Assembly (NCBI GenBank): GCA_020536535.1
Contig: JAHLWZ010000672.1
Coordinates: forward strand, 1-64,000
DNA from: Pelomyxa schiedti
Lineage: Eukaryota > Protista > Evosea
DNA: 64,000 bases
Direction: 5' to 3'
Both the position numbers and the translations under genes were made by a program. The notes below the pieces were generated by a model. That model was given only the letters and a program-made list of their open reading frames with translations. It searched no databases and was not told the DNA's origin. Below are positions 1 through 13,129 of this stretch, piece after piece. Numbering within the stretch: position 1 is the first letter of the stretch; each line of letters begins with the position of its first letter.

Positions 1-898
1 ATGAGTACCTTCCATTCTCGGCCCAGTGCTCTCTTCTGTGCACATGCAAGCGATTTTATGCCTTTTACACACACAAGAGAGATTTCATGATTGCAAGAGC
101 ATGCAAGCAGATTCGCAATATGCAGAATGTGAATGAGATGCTCAATGTACTAGATCACCATATGGGAGACACAATGGCGATGGCGCCCAATGACTATTTA
201 TTTTTTCCTGCCATGTGTAAGCTCGCTCTACTTCAAACGACGAATCGTCTCACACTTACACAGTGGCTTGTGGAGGGTTGGCCGGTTTTGCTGCCTATGT
301 TTGCACTTATTTGGTAGCTATTCCAGCATCAGAAGCACTTACTGGACCCACTGAGGATGAGGAAGTACCATTATTTTTTATAACAGCTGGTAAAAGGACC
401 ATCATGGTTGTCATTCACTGACCGTTATATCCAGGCTCCCTTGCATTATTTGCAGTCCTATTTGGTCTTCCACTGTACCTGGTTCCAATATTTTTGGCAA
501 ATTGCGCCCTAGTTTGAGCTTGGAATGGCTTGGTGGGTTGGATTCAGCCACTGGCAAGGAACAACAAAAAGAAGGAAGTCTTGGGTGGTCACTGGGAGAA
601 AAGTGCGGCATCGTGCCGCGGCTGCGGCTCCGCATTTGGCATTTTTTCGAATCGGAATCACCACTGCAGATTCTGCCTGTTGACATTCTGTTCCGAGTGC
701 AGTGACCAAACGTATTTATCGTTCACCCATTGTCCATTCACATTTTCCTCACACATTCAAATCACCAACAGATACAATGGAGAGAGGGTATGCAAACATT
801 GCCACTTCTTCCTTAAAAGAGGAATTCCACCAGTTCTCTTTCTTCCCTCCACTCCATCCCCTCCTTCACATCCTGACCCTGATGATTTTACACTGTAA
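1..898 (+). pseudogene. 3' part of an F-box-like/TM/FYVE gene (paralog of 1113-4057) with an in-frame TGA at 515-517 before the FYVE domain
   Basis: 1-120 is identical to 2959-3078. FYVE motif W..CRGC..F..RNHHCRFC..FC..CS..RVC..C at 590-810. TGA aligns to GGA (3664-3666) in the paralog. Confidence 0.65.
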
Positions 899-1112
899 AC
901 ATGTTGTAAACAACCTAAGATAATTTTGGCTCCTCTTTCTTAAAAGAGGGATTCGACCAGTTTTTCCTCTTTCCTCAACTCCATCCAAAACAGTGTTGTT
1001 GGAGGTATCTCCGCAGCTTTTTGTCTCACTTACCCAACTGCCAACTTGGTGGGTCGAAACTTAAAAGCGAAAACTGCGGTTTGTACACAACCCACAAAAT
1101 CCAACCAAGTAG

Positions 1113-4057
1113 ATGTCGGCGCGAGTGCCAGCTGCAGCAGACTCGATTCGAGCTGTGCTCAGTGACCAGATAGAGCTGGAGGAGGACGAGTTCGTCGTCT
1201 TATTGACCGAAAACTGGGAGCTGGTTTCGGCCGAACTCAACACACGCAACGTTCGTTCGCAGGTCACCGTGCGCGTGATACTGCACCAGATCCGCAAGTT
1301 TGGCGGCAGGCACCACCAGGACCTGTCCGACGACTTCGTGCCGCCCGTAGTCGACGGCGGCGACGGCGACCCCTTCCGCCTCTCGGCGGTCCTCAACGAC
1401 CTGCCCGGGCACTGCTGGGTGGGTTCCTCGGACGACATGGCCCTCCACGTCTGCGTGCTGTGCCTGGCGCTGTGCAGGATAACCGGGAGCGCGGCGCCGT
1501 GGGTCACCCAGGACGAGATGAGGGGAGTCACGTCCCTGCGCCGGCTTATAGTCGCGAACTATGCGCCGCCGAGGGTGTTGGCGCAAGCTCGCGTCGCGTT
1601 GGCTGGGTGGCTGCTTTACCGCGCAAAGATGTCAAAATTGAAGCGTGGTCTTGCTTCAATTCCAACCCTTCCCCCACGAGGTGATTTATTGAGAAGCATT
1701 GTAGATAAGGCAGCTCTCAGGAAATCACCCAACACAACCACCACCACCAACACCAACACATCCACCAGTTCCCCCACATCCACACCAACCAAACCAACAA
1801 CACCAACAACACCATCCACAACAACAACAATGCAAAGCTCCACTCTGGCGAGTTCCACACTGACAAGGTCCGGAACCGTAACATCATCATCAACAACAAC
1901 CGCACCAAGGCCCAGGAGCCCACCAACAGTCACCCCGACGTCATCGCTCAGACCAACAACAACACCAACTGCGTCGTCAACTGAAACGAACAGTTCCACA
2001 CTGCTGTATCCAGTTTTCAGTCCTGCAAAGTCATCTTGTGCAACAACTGCAGAACCCACTTTCGAAAGGTATCTCTCCCTCAAAAAAAAAAAGACTTCAC
2101 ATCTCACACTATCACAAGTGGCACACTCAAGAACACTGTCGGACCGAAACCAGTTGTTGAAGTGGATCACAGCGACACAGCAGTTGCCTTGTTGTATCGT
2201 GCCNNNNNNNNNNNNNNNNNNNNNNNNNNNNNNNNNNNNNNNNNNNNNNNNNNNNNNNNNNNNNNNNNNNNNNNNNNNNNNNNNNNNNNNNNNNNNNNNN
2301 NNNTTGCCTTGTTGTATCGTGCCGTCCTTTGCGCGGGCAGTTCCACCAAATTCAACGACGAGATGGTCTGGCCCGAACTGGCCGATGCTCATTACATCCT
2401 CGCTTTGTGCTGGCGAATGGGTGTTGGTGTCCCAGTTGTTGACAAAGCTCGATCTCGGTTCCACACTTCAATGGCAGCGATGATTTCCGAGCTTGCACCG
2501 CCAGATCAAACTCGTGTTGTTGGTGGAATTTCATTCAGCATCTCCGCTCTTTCTCCAAATCGAGGGGCAGTTTCAAGCATGCCAATAAATGCACCTTGGC
2601 AAAATCCGAACTCGAGCAAAGTCACAATCTTGGCCAGCCAAGTGGAACCAACCAGTGACAAAGTGTTGGCACTCGTTGTGATGTTCTTGCAAGATGACAA
2701 AGAGAGTTTGTTGAAATTGAGATTGTGCAACAAATCGTGTGGTTTCCATTTCCTTCTCTTGGTTCATTCCATTGACAACTTTTTTTGTCAGGCTTTGTCG
2801 GATCGCCACTTGGGTGCTTCTGTCAAAGAGGACTCCCATTCCACAACCACTCCCTCCCGTTGTTGCCTCATCTTCAACACTTGAAATGCTACCATGCAAT
2901 GGTATTCTTCCGCATTCTTATCCAGTTACCTAATCAAGAAAAGTTATCGAGACCATTGATGAGTACCTTCCATTCTCGGCCCAGTGCTCTCTTCTGTGCA
3001 CATGCAAGCGATTTTATGCCTTTTACACACACAAGAGAGATTTCATGATTGCAAGAGCATGCAAGCAGATTCGCAATATNNNNNNNNNNNNNNNNNNNNN
3101 NNNNNNNNNNNNNNNNNNNNNNNNNNNNNNNNNNNNNNNNNNNNNNNNNNNNNNNNNNNNNNNNNNNNNNNNNNNNNNNATGAGTACCTTCCATTCTCGG
3201 CCCAGTGCTCTCTTCTGTGCACATGCAAGCGATTTTATGCCTTTTACACACACAAGAGAGATTTCATGATTGCAAGAGCATGCAAGCAGATTCGCAATAT
3301 TCAGAATTTGAATAACATGCTCAGTGTAGTAAACACGCCCACAACGATGAACAATGGTGCAGTTAATGTCCTGAGTAAGCTCGGTTCCACTTGAAACGAA
3401 GTCATCTCACATTATTGCACAGTGGATTTCATCGGAGGGCTGTCTGGTGAGGCCATCATGGTGTTGATATGTTTGCTTGCTGCTCCGGCATGGGGAATAG
3501 TTGGTGGACCTATTGAGGGTTATGAAGTATTATATCCTGTTCAAGTAGTTGGTAAGGGAACGTACTTATTGTAAGTCACTGAACTCCTTTTGCAGGTGGC
3601 CTTGCCTTCTATTCGGTTATATTAGGGATCATTCCAATATTTGCAGCCGGTTGTGGACTGTATGGAGCTTGGAATGGCTTGGTGAGTTGGCTTCAACCTC
3701 GGCCACTTTCAGTGGGTGAGAAAAAGAAGGAAGTCTTGAGTGGGATCTGGGAAAAAAATGCTGCATCGTGCCGCGGGTGCGGCTCCGCATTTGGCATTTT
3801 TTCGAATCGGTGTCACCACTGCAGATTCTGCCTGTTGACATTCTGTTCCGTGTGCAGCGACCAAACGTATTTATCGTTCACCCATTGCCCCATTCACATT
3901 TTCCTCACACATTCAAATCACCAACAGATACGATGGAGAGAGGGTATGCAAGCATTGTCACTTCTTCCTCCAACGAGGAATTCCACCAGTTCTCTTTCTT
4001 CCCTCCACTCCATCCCCTCCATCGCATCCTGACCCTGATGATTTCACCCACCCATAG
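1113..4057 (+). CDS. Multi-exon protein: Thr/Ser-rich linker, possible Sel1-like repeat, F-box-like motif(s), two hydrophobic segments, C-terminal FYVE zinc finger
   Basis: ORF from 1113 splices at ~2069-2118. EYLPFSAQCSLLCTCKRFY is F-box-like. GGLAFYSVILGIIPIFAAGCGLYGAW is hydrophobic. FYVE at ~3745-3960; stop TAG 4055-4057. Two N-gaps are overlap artefacts. Confidence 0.7.
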
Positions 4058-4263
4058 CATGTACCCTCCACCACAGAGGGGCCTTCCCAGTGACTGGGCC
4101 CTCACCTGAGATCTACTGTGCAGAATACCTAAACTTGAACTTTTTTGAGCCCAAGTTTGCTGGTAACCCAACTTAGTGTGGTTGTCACTACTTGATCTCG
4201 GGTGTTGGTTAGTGGGACAAAAAAGCACTGCGGCTCAAATACAGTTTGTACAAAAAAAAAAAA

Positions 4264-5726
4264 ATGCAACCCATTTTGAACCAAGAAGTATCGTTTGTTT
4301 TGTCTCACAGTGGCAAGGTACTCGACGTTGCAGGCGCTTCAACCAACCAGTGCGCACCCATCATTCAGTACTCCTATCATGGCGGAAGCAACCAGCGCTT
4401 CGTAGTCGAGCTGCTTCCTGGGGACCCCTGTTCCCCCTTTGCTCACATTCGCTGCGTCGGGTCCGGGCTCTACCTGGACGTGGAAGGCGGGTCCCTGTCC
4501 CCGTGTGCAAACGTCATACAGTACCCCTACCACTGCGGAGACAACCAGCTGTGGAAGCTGGAGGAGGCGTCTTCAGTCCCCGGCGCGGTGGTTATTCGAT
4601 CGAAGAAATCAGGGCTTGTGCTGGACATTGAGGGCGCTAGCCTGTGCGACGGAGCGAAGCTGCTGCAGTATCCCGCACACGGCGGGAGGAACCAAGCCTT
4701 TTTCCTCAGGAATCCCGACCAGAAGTTCCGCTTGTTTGTGCTGTCCGACCCACAGTACCCGTGGTATGACAACGTCTACCCTTCTGGTGGTGTTGGGGAT
4801 CAATGCGGGAACAGTGCCCGCCAGATCACGCAGCAGTTCCAGTTCATCAACGCTGCTGCACGCGGGGATGCCCAGCTGCTGGGAGAACCCCTTACAGTTC
4901 GTGCCGCGTTGATCAATGGCGACCTCACTGCCTTTGGTCATGACTGGCAGTATAACAAATTCTGCGAGTTGTTGTCTGTTCTCAAAGTTCCAACGTATCA
5001 AGGTCTTTTTTCTTTGTATTTCTGTCTTTCTTTCTTTTTATTTTAATTCATCCTCAACAACGCACAGGCCTTGGAAACCATGACATACAGAACAACGTGA
5101 ATGATTCCTTTGAAAACAACTGCGCACACAGAATGGTTTACCACATTGTAAACCACGCACGCAGCATCGGCGCCTGCTGCGACGTCAGCGAGGACGCGGG
5201 ATACCAGTTCCCATCACTGAGGCACTGGTTCCGCGGCAGCCTCGCCTACTCCCTGAAGCTCGCAGTATCCGGCGGCAGGTACGCGGCACTGAGGCTGATC
5301 CAGCTGCACAACTTCCCAGGCTACACCTCAGACTGGAGTGGCTGGAACTTCCCCCAAGCGCGTCGCGACTACGTCGAGCTGCACAAGTCGGAGGACTGGC
5401 TGGCCAAGCAGGTCGCGGAGGTGGAGTCCCGCGGCGAGATAGCCATCGTCTGCGTCCACGACTGGGACCAGTCCAGCGCGGTGCTGGAGCCTCTGCTCCG
5501 GAACCACCCGTGCGTGGTCGCCGTGTTCGCCGGGCACCTGCACAGCACCTGCGGCAAGTACTCGGCCAGCTTCCCAGTGTTCCTGTCTGGTGCGGCTGCC
5601 ACGCAGCAGTGCCTCGTCGCGGACTTTGACATTCCAGGGCGCAGGCTGACTGTGCGTGTGGTTCGAGATACTGGCCTGGAGGGTGTGTACTCCCCTGTTC
5701 AGCAGTGGGTGATCCAGCTGCCATAG
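4264..5726 (+). CDS. Ricin-B lectin (3 QxW/F repeats) fused to a calcineurin-like metallophosphoesterase
   Basis: SGKVLDV..NQRF, SGLYLDV..NQLW, SGLVLDI..NQAF. Metallophos motifs SDPQ, NGDLT, GLGNHD (joined across intron 5003-5067), HDW, FAGHLH. Confidence 0.9.
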
Positions 5727-5849
5727 TTGTATTGTAATCCTTGTAACAAGGATACAACTTTCCTTGTGCAGGGTGCAGCCCAGACTGGGAGTTGTTTTGT
5801 AATGTAGGAAAAAAAAATGGTGTGTGAAAAAACCCAAAATTGTTTTAGG

Positions 5850-7870
5850 ATTTCCTCTTTCTTCCTGCCGGTTTTTTAGCTGCTGGCTTCTGCACAGAAG
5901 GGTTATTTTACTTACACCAAGAGGGAATGTACACACCGAAGAATTCTTGGGTGGAGGTGCAGGCTTCTTTGAGCTTGAGGCCGTGGAGGAAGATGGTGTT
6001 GTTGTGCTCGAGGGTGGAGGGGAGGCAGTGGGAACCTTGCCATGCAAAAATTCATATGCCTTGGTGGAAATGGCGGCGTTCCATGACCACTTGGTCTTAA
6101 TATCATCAGCAAGTGAGGCACGTTTTTCAGTGCTCCAGGACTCAGTAAGCCTGTGAAGGGGATAATCAGTCCAAAGTAGGCCGAAAAAGAGAGAACTTGG
6201 TGAAAAAGGTTTCCAGGGCAGGACTCCATGCAGAAGGGTCCTGACTCAGACTGATTCTTTTTAGGAATAGAAGGGCCTAATTGAAGGTTATTTCAGGCTT
6301 CAAGACCGTGGCAACCTGCTCAAATGACCAAGGCGTGATCAAGTTTCGCAATATTATAGGGAAAGCGGGATCCTCAACTGTCATTCCCCATTGTTCAAAA
6401 ATAGACTCCAAATTACCACTGGCTTCTGCAAAACTCCAAGATTCCGTCTCCCTAGTTAGAATTGTTGGCAAACGAAATGGAAGGAAACTTATCACATGAC
6501 AATAAGTATCAGTTTGGCTACTTTCTCCAACGCGGTTGGCGTTGATCCAAATATTGATACAAAGTGCTTTCCTTTACTCTTAGCTTAAGGTTGTGAGGAA
6601 CAGTAGTCAAAGTCCAAAACATACTTGCAGTGCTGGAATTGATCATACTAGCAAATTTATTAGTACTATGATTAGCCAACTCATAAATGAGCTTGGCAGT
6701 ATCTTCGTTGCTCATAGACTGTGTAATGATCGGAAGTAATTTGGGTGTATACTCCGCTGAAAGATGTGTAAGGACTTGTAACTTGGTAAGAAGGGTGGTA
6801 ACCTTGCCCAATCTGCTTGACAAATTTAATTGCCTTAGTATAATTCCAGTCTTTCGTTTTCCGTGCTTGACTTTCTGCTTGTTCCAAGGTCATTTTTCCT
6901 TTGCGGCTATGACTTGCGTCATTTTCGTCCTCACTCCCTTCATTGTCATCCTCGCCTTCACCATAATTTTCAGAGCCTGAATCCAAGAAACCAAAATCAC
7001 CCTCCGACCCAGACCCTAAAAATAGGTCAGGAACCCGTCACCAATCCCATTAATTTGATTGAGTATCTGATAATATGTTGTTTTGTACACAACAAAAGAA
7101 AAGCTACCTTCAAGGTCTTCCTCAAACTCGTCAAAATCCTGGCCAAAGAACATTTCCGCGAAATTCTTCGGCCTTCCGCCCGAACTCTGCCGGCTCCTTG
7201 GCTTCTCGTCGTCGCTGTCCCCATCGCCGCCATCGCCGTCCTCGTCGCCGTCGCCGTCGCCGTCGTCCTCGTCGTCGTCGCCACCACCACCACCAGCGCC
7301 GGTCCTCCTGCTCCTCCCGCCTTTATTGGCGCCGCCGCCCTGGTTGGCCACGGCGTAGTCGTTGCGCACGGTGTCGGACACAATCTCGACGATCGCGTCG
7401 CCGTTCTCGGACGCAGCCGCGGCCGCCTTTGTAAAGTCCACCACGGGGCAGCCGTCGCGGCTCCGCGGGTGCGTGTCCTTCTCGATCAGGGCCCTGAGCC
7501 TGTCCCCGCGAAGGGGCTGCGGGGCCGATGCCGAGGCCGAGCCACTCGCCTTGTTGCCCGCGCTGGCGGCGGGGGTGTGGTCTATGTCTGGCATGTTGTC
7601 GTCGTCGATGGGCGACACGGAGGGCGGCGGGTGGGGCTTGTCCGCGCCCGGGGAGGCGGCGGGGGCGGCCGCGGCCGCCGATGGGGCATTCTGCTGCCTC
7701 CTGTGGGGCTTGTGGGGAGCTCGCTGGGGATCCGCGGCGGCCGCGGGGGATGTGGGCGTGGGCGCGGGGGAGGGTGTGGGCTTGGCTGCGGGCTTTGAAG
7801 AAGTACTCGCAGAGGCTGTGGTTTTGGATGAGTTGTTCTTCTTCTTGTTCTGGTTGCCTTTTTTCTTCAT
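5850..7870 (-). CDS. Hypothetical multi-exon protein with basic/Pro-rich N-terminus and acidic tracts; 3' end approximate
   Basis: ATG at 7870 opens a long GC-rich exon. Further exon-like ORF fragments at 6681-6986, 6518-6823, 6277-6495 and ~5930-6150 are separated by GT..AG introns. Confidence 0.6.
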
Positions 7871-8143
7871 CTTGAATTATAGGGCCGACGCTACAGCGAC
7901 CGGACTATCTGCGGCAGCTGCTCTTTCAAATCACCAAATTGAAGGTACCGAAAGTGATTGCTGCGAGAACTCTCCGTCCCCTCTCTATCTCAGAAAACAC
8001 TCGCCAACAGCACGGTTCCTGACACCAGCAGGACGCTCAGAGTCCCAAGGCCCCAGACCCATCACCCATCACAAAGCATAAGCAGAAGGTTACGAAAAAA
8101 AAAAACCGATCGAACAGTCGTGGGCCACCGAAAACAAAAAGGA

Positions 8144-8534
8144 ATGTCTGCCGACTTCAGACCTGCTAACAGGGCGACATACAACAACGCACCACCGGAG
8201 GCAGATGACGACGATTGGGACACTGATCCCGACTCCACGTCGGTGGTTCCCCCTCCGCCGCCGACTCAATTCGTTACCATGACACAGCTCCGAGACCAGG
8301 TAGACAACTAAGAGTGATTGGCGGGGGAAAAAAAAAAAACCCCACGCTCACTCCTTCTTGTCTTGTCTCTATCCTGTGCGTCGTTGTGTGTTTGTTTCCA
8401 TGTGAGGTTGATTATGTTACTCTCTCATTGTAACATAGGTGCTGCAAGAAGATAAAAGTGCCAAAGCTAATAGTTCTGTTGGTAAACAAGCCTCTGATAG
8501 AAAGGCCCAGTACCAGAAGCCCCTCAATTGCTGA
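8144..8534 (+). CDS. 83-aa cortactin/HS1 N-terminal-acidic (NTA)-like microprotein (2 exons)
   Basis: Exon 8144-8299, intron 8300-8438, exon 8439-8534. ADDDDWDTDPD...MTQLRDQVLQED resembles cortactin ADDWETDPD...IHKLRENVFQEH. Confidence 0.7.
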
Positions 8535-8714
8535 GAAACTGCTGAACCCAAAAAAAAGAACTGATCGATGTGGCAGCTCACAAAAACGAAACAAGGGTTG
8601 TGTGTTGTGTGTGATCATCGGCGAAACACATCGCCGAATTCACTACTTCCCAAAAACAAACTCTGTTTCTCGAAATCGTTGTTCCGAAACAAACAAAGAA
8701 AAAATAAAAACTCG

Positions 8715-11700
8715 ATGACGGACGACGGTACCACGGTTGCCCTCATTCTCTTTTTTTTTCTCCCCCGTTTCACACAGAGAAACGTCTAACGATGTTGGTT
8801 TTTTTTAAAGAAAACGGATCAAGATGACCCACAACAAGGAGGTTTTTTCCCCCTTGTATTACAGCATTATTGATATTTTTATAATAGAGGAGAATAGTAT
8901 AGTAGAAAACCAGGTGCCCTTGAGCGCAGAAGTTACCGCGGATCCTGATGTTTCTATTCCTACAAACGGCACTGCGTTCCAAGGACGGATGCGCAGTTGC
9001 AGTCAGGGCCTAATTAATCTTAAATCGGTGCCAATCCACAGCAGCAATTCATCATCATCGTTATTACTGCCAGTGGCTTCCTCACACGCACATCCTCACT
9101 CACACCACCGCCACTCTCGCCATGTTCACTCTTCGCATTCTCACTCCCACCGCCCGCACCTTCCCAGTGATACAACTTCATTACCTCCACCTTCGTCTCC
9201 AGCACACGAGCCAGGGGCTGAAAGCTCTGCTACATCCGGCAGGTCCTCATTTCCATATCCATACATTTTCTTCTGCTCCGCCGACTAACTCTCTCGAACA
9301 GTGCCACAACCTCCGATGCTCTCCCGTCAAGCTCTTCTACCACAAATACAGCCTCAACTAGTAGCGTTTGCGTTGAGACTACTCAGACTCCCCTTGTTAC
9401 TAGCCCTGAGGGGGTGCAGCCTATGACGTCTCCCATCCCTTCCCCAGCATATTCCGCTGCAATTCAAGCTAGAATGGCTAGCCGCCCTCGTAGTATCACA
9501 ACAGATGGCTACTCCAGGACAAGGTAAGTGTATATTTTTTATTCTGATAAGTCACATTTGCAGCTGTGACATGTCGGCACCATTTCGCTCAAAAGCCAAT
9601 AAACTACTGGGCGCCGATGTGTCACTTATCAATTTGAATTTGCCTTTGAAGGCAGAACCAAAGGTGGGTTCCCCCCTTTCTCTATTCCGCTTTATCGTAA
9701 TACTCTAATTAGAAAAATTCAGAACCTCTCATTCTGCACCCTGTTCCTAGCAACGCCGAGGAACCTATTGTTGTATGTAAATCGCTTAATTCATCTAACT
9801 AAGCTCACTCAATCAGTACGAAAATGAGCCCAATGAACCTCCTATAGATTGGGTTACTCAGTGTACAAAACATTACCCACATTTCGAACACCCAGACTGT
9901 GAGGAAAATGTAAGATGGATGCGTGTTCCAATCGAACTGGCAACACAGGTATTATTTTCCTACCCCAGGAGAGTGATGCCCACCAAAAAAGCTTGGCCCA
10001 GGATCCCGTGACATAATGATTCGTGGTGGTACAATTTATAAGATCATTCAGTATCTCACTCACCCTGAGGAAAGTGGTATGCGTTTTATCGTTTTCTTCT
10101 GGATTTAATGCTCTGTTTCAGACATGGATTTTATGCATTCTTTCCTTATTTGTTACTCCGCCTTCACTACTGGGCCAGAACTCCTTGAAATTTTAGTATC
10201 TAGGTATCATCCATCTAAGCATTCTTTTTTTTTTTTTTAACGGAAAGAAGATATTTCCTGAGAAAGCCATCTTGGATGGATATCACAATTTTCAATGACA
10301 CAAAGCAAAGAATCAGATTAAAGTTGCAAAATGAATTTCACCAACATTTAATCCCACTTCCCACAAAAGGGTTGTGAATCTCTTAAAAACGTGGACATCT
10401 ATGTATCAGTACGACTTCAAAGAAAACATGGACCTCATCAAGCTAGCTTCCCAAATTTTGAGTGTATTTGCAGAAACATGTAAAGCTGCCATAATTGTTC
10501 TCAAAAATTTGGAGCGGGTAACTTAAATAATGTTTATCCACCTAGTCACCAACCTATAGGTGCGAGATTGGGTGTCAAATCCTATTGGAGACCCCCCTCC
10601 AAGTATCCTTCTCAATGACCATGGTATCATCTCCTCCATGCTCGATATGCACCCAGAAGAAGTAGCAAGGCAAATAACCCTCTTGGAGTGGGACTTGTGG
10701 TCAAAAATTCGCCCAAAAGGTTTTCTTGGGTTTTTTGGTTTTTCCCTACTACAAATAACAAATTCCAAGAGTTCATTGGACAAGCTTGGAATAAACAAAA
10801 TCTAAAGGAAAAACTAGCTCCCAACATTTCCAGAATGGTTCTTGAATCTAATAGGGTACACAAAGAACATAAATCACTTTAATTGACTGGAGTCAGAGAA
10901 CAATGTGGGCTATCACGGAAGTTGTCCGTCAGGAGAACCTCCGAGATCGGGCTGCTATATTACATAGACTGATTCTAACAGCTGATGTCAGTTCCTTTTT
11001 TGTTTTGTTTCGTATTCATCTTTTTTAGGCCTGTTTCCATCTAAGAAACTATAATGCTGTCATGGAGATCATGTCGGCACTACATAATTCGGCACTTCAC
11101 AGATTGAAGTCGTCTTGGGAGGTTGGAATTCTATTTACACAACTTCCTCACAATTTAATCAGCTTCTTCCTGGGACTACATGGGATCTTTATGACAAATA
11201 TACTCAACTCTTTGATCCCAAAGGCAACTTCCAGCCCTATCGAGATACCTTGAAGTTTGCAGTACCACCGTGTATACCGTACTTAGGTACCCAATCCCGG
11301 TTTTTTTCCAATCCTTATAACTCTTCTATGTAGGTGTCTTTCTCACTGACGTTGTTTTTGTTTGTGACGGAAATCCAAATTTCGTACCTGACACAACGTT
11401 AATCAATTTTGTGAAATACCGAAACCTCTCCAATGTCATCAAGTAGGCAACCCATCAAGCAAAACGAAAAAGCTTATCTTACGATATGATAAGGGCAATT
11501 CAACAATTCCAGATGCAACCCCATTCCTTCACTCTCGTTCCACACTATATGAAATACCTCCACGACTCTATCCGTTTTACCTCCGACCAGGCATATGACA
11601 GAAGTATAGCTGTTGAGCCCACCAACAGACCGTAAGTACTCCTATTGGTTTCTCCTAACATCGTGTCAGTGCGGAGCCACCCACTCCAAAGGAGTTAGAG

Positions 11701-11837
11701 GCTAAACGAAAGGCAGTCGAGAAACATTCCAAGGTATTCATTCCCAGTACCGCATCGAAATACCTAAAAGACCAAAGGAAATTTTCAGTAAGGAAGACAC
11801 TATTTTGTTAAAAGCAAAGAAGGCAGCCAGAAGCTGA
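8715..11837 (+). CDS. RasGEF (REM + CDC25 domain)
   Basis: GGTIYKIIQYLT/FMHSFLICYSAFTT (REM). PEEVARQITLLEW, LRNYNAVMEIMSAL, PPCIPYLG, DGNPN, INFVK (CDC25). Confidence 0.93.
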
Positions 11838-11983
11838 ACTCACAACCGAATATTCATCTGTTGTTTTGCATTTTTTTTGTTTATTATCTCTTCCACGAAT
11901 TTCCCCACCTTTTTTTTTTCAAACTCAAGTCAACAAAAGACAAACAAAGAATGGATTTGTATTGTTATTCTTGATAACTAATA

Positions 11984-13129
11984 TCAAGACAAATTGCTGG
12001 AGGTGGTGGTGTTGTACAGAAATGAGGATACACTGCTTCCACTAGAACTGGGGTCGTCACCTCCCCCAATCAAAGGTTTAACAAACTTCATAAACAGTAT
12101 GAACAGAATAGTTAAAACTAATGCGGCGGCAATGGAGCCCATAAGAAGTTTGTTGGCAATAGCTTTTCTTGCCATCATGCGCATTGTTCTGAATCCTTTT
12201 GCTAAACTTCCATTCACGTCACCAAGCTGTGAGCAAGTGAGTGTGTGGATAAGTGGAGGAAACATACTCTTCTCAGGGAGTGAAGGATGGTTTCGCGTTG
12301 CTTGTCAAGGTCTTCCATCGCCCCAGAGAGCGTAGTTACAGTCCTTTCAGCATCTTGAATAGCTTGCTGGTAGTTGGTAAAGACAAACACAGAAAAATAG
12401 AAGAGGGCAACCTCAATGACAGGATTTGCATCGGCGTACTTTCTAGTTACATCACTCATTTTGTCCTGATGATCCTTGGAGGTTACCTAGGGGGGAAGTG
12501 AATGTTATATCCTCCCTTCTTCAATTAATGAGAGTTGTTTGTTTGAAGGAGGAGAGGTGGACTTGCAGGTCGCGAATATTTGCAGAACCAAGCAGAGATG
12601 AGTGCTCAATGTCATACTTAACTGCACTTTCCAATTTCCTTTTGTTTGTTGGTTTAATTGATTCTTTTGTGTGGTCGTTACTTCAAGGAAATTGATATTT
12701 CTTTTATTTCTCTCCTGTGCATTTCGACTTTTTGTTGTTTCTTTGGGTCGCCAGCAGCAATAAGGTCCATTTGACCAAGCTTTTTTTATTTTATTTGTAT
12801 TTTTTGTTTTGCAACAACAATCAGTAACCATATGCAAAAAGAAAGCACATTGAAGCATACCACTTCCTCTGCTGTTGTTAATTCTTCATTTGCCTTGTCC
12901 AAATCAGCCCTCCTTTCTTCTTTGCAAGTACAAAAGGGAAAAAAAAAAAGGGAGAGTACAGTACATCACAAGATAAGGAAAAAGAGGAAAAAAATGAGTG
13001 TTAATGCAAACCGGTTTTGGACTCCTGAATCAACCTAAGTCGATCTCTTATCACCGTCTTGATTTCATTCAACTCGCCGTCATAGTTTTGATACGTAAGA
13101 TCGTTACTCGCACCACCTCGGGCCGCCAT
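11984..13129 (-). CDS. VTI1: Vti1-like Qb-SNARE
   Basis: N-terminal YQNYDGEL..ERRADLDKANEELTTAEEV helices. SNARE motif TLSGAMEDLDKQRETIL..LGDVNGSLAKGFRTMRMMARK followed by a TM helix. Confidence 0.85.

Noticed and set aside
515-517. TGA recoding (Sec/Trp)
   Set aside because: It aligns to Gly in the paralog, and TGA is used as a normal stop elsewhere (8532, 11835).
2184-3299. Direct repeats flanking N-runs (2184-2203/2304-2323; 2959-3079/3180-3300)
   Set aside because: Exact overlaps on either side of 100-N gaps are scaffolding artefacts; collapsing them restores the reading frame.
6863-8081. Long antisense/overlapping ORFs (also 1616-2464, 23901-24850, 29710-30441, 61598-62229)
   Set aside because: These are shadow frames of GC-rich or low-complexity exons with no domain signal.
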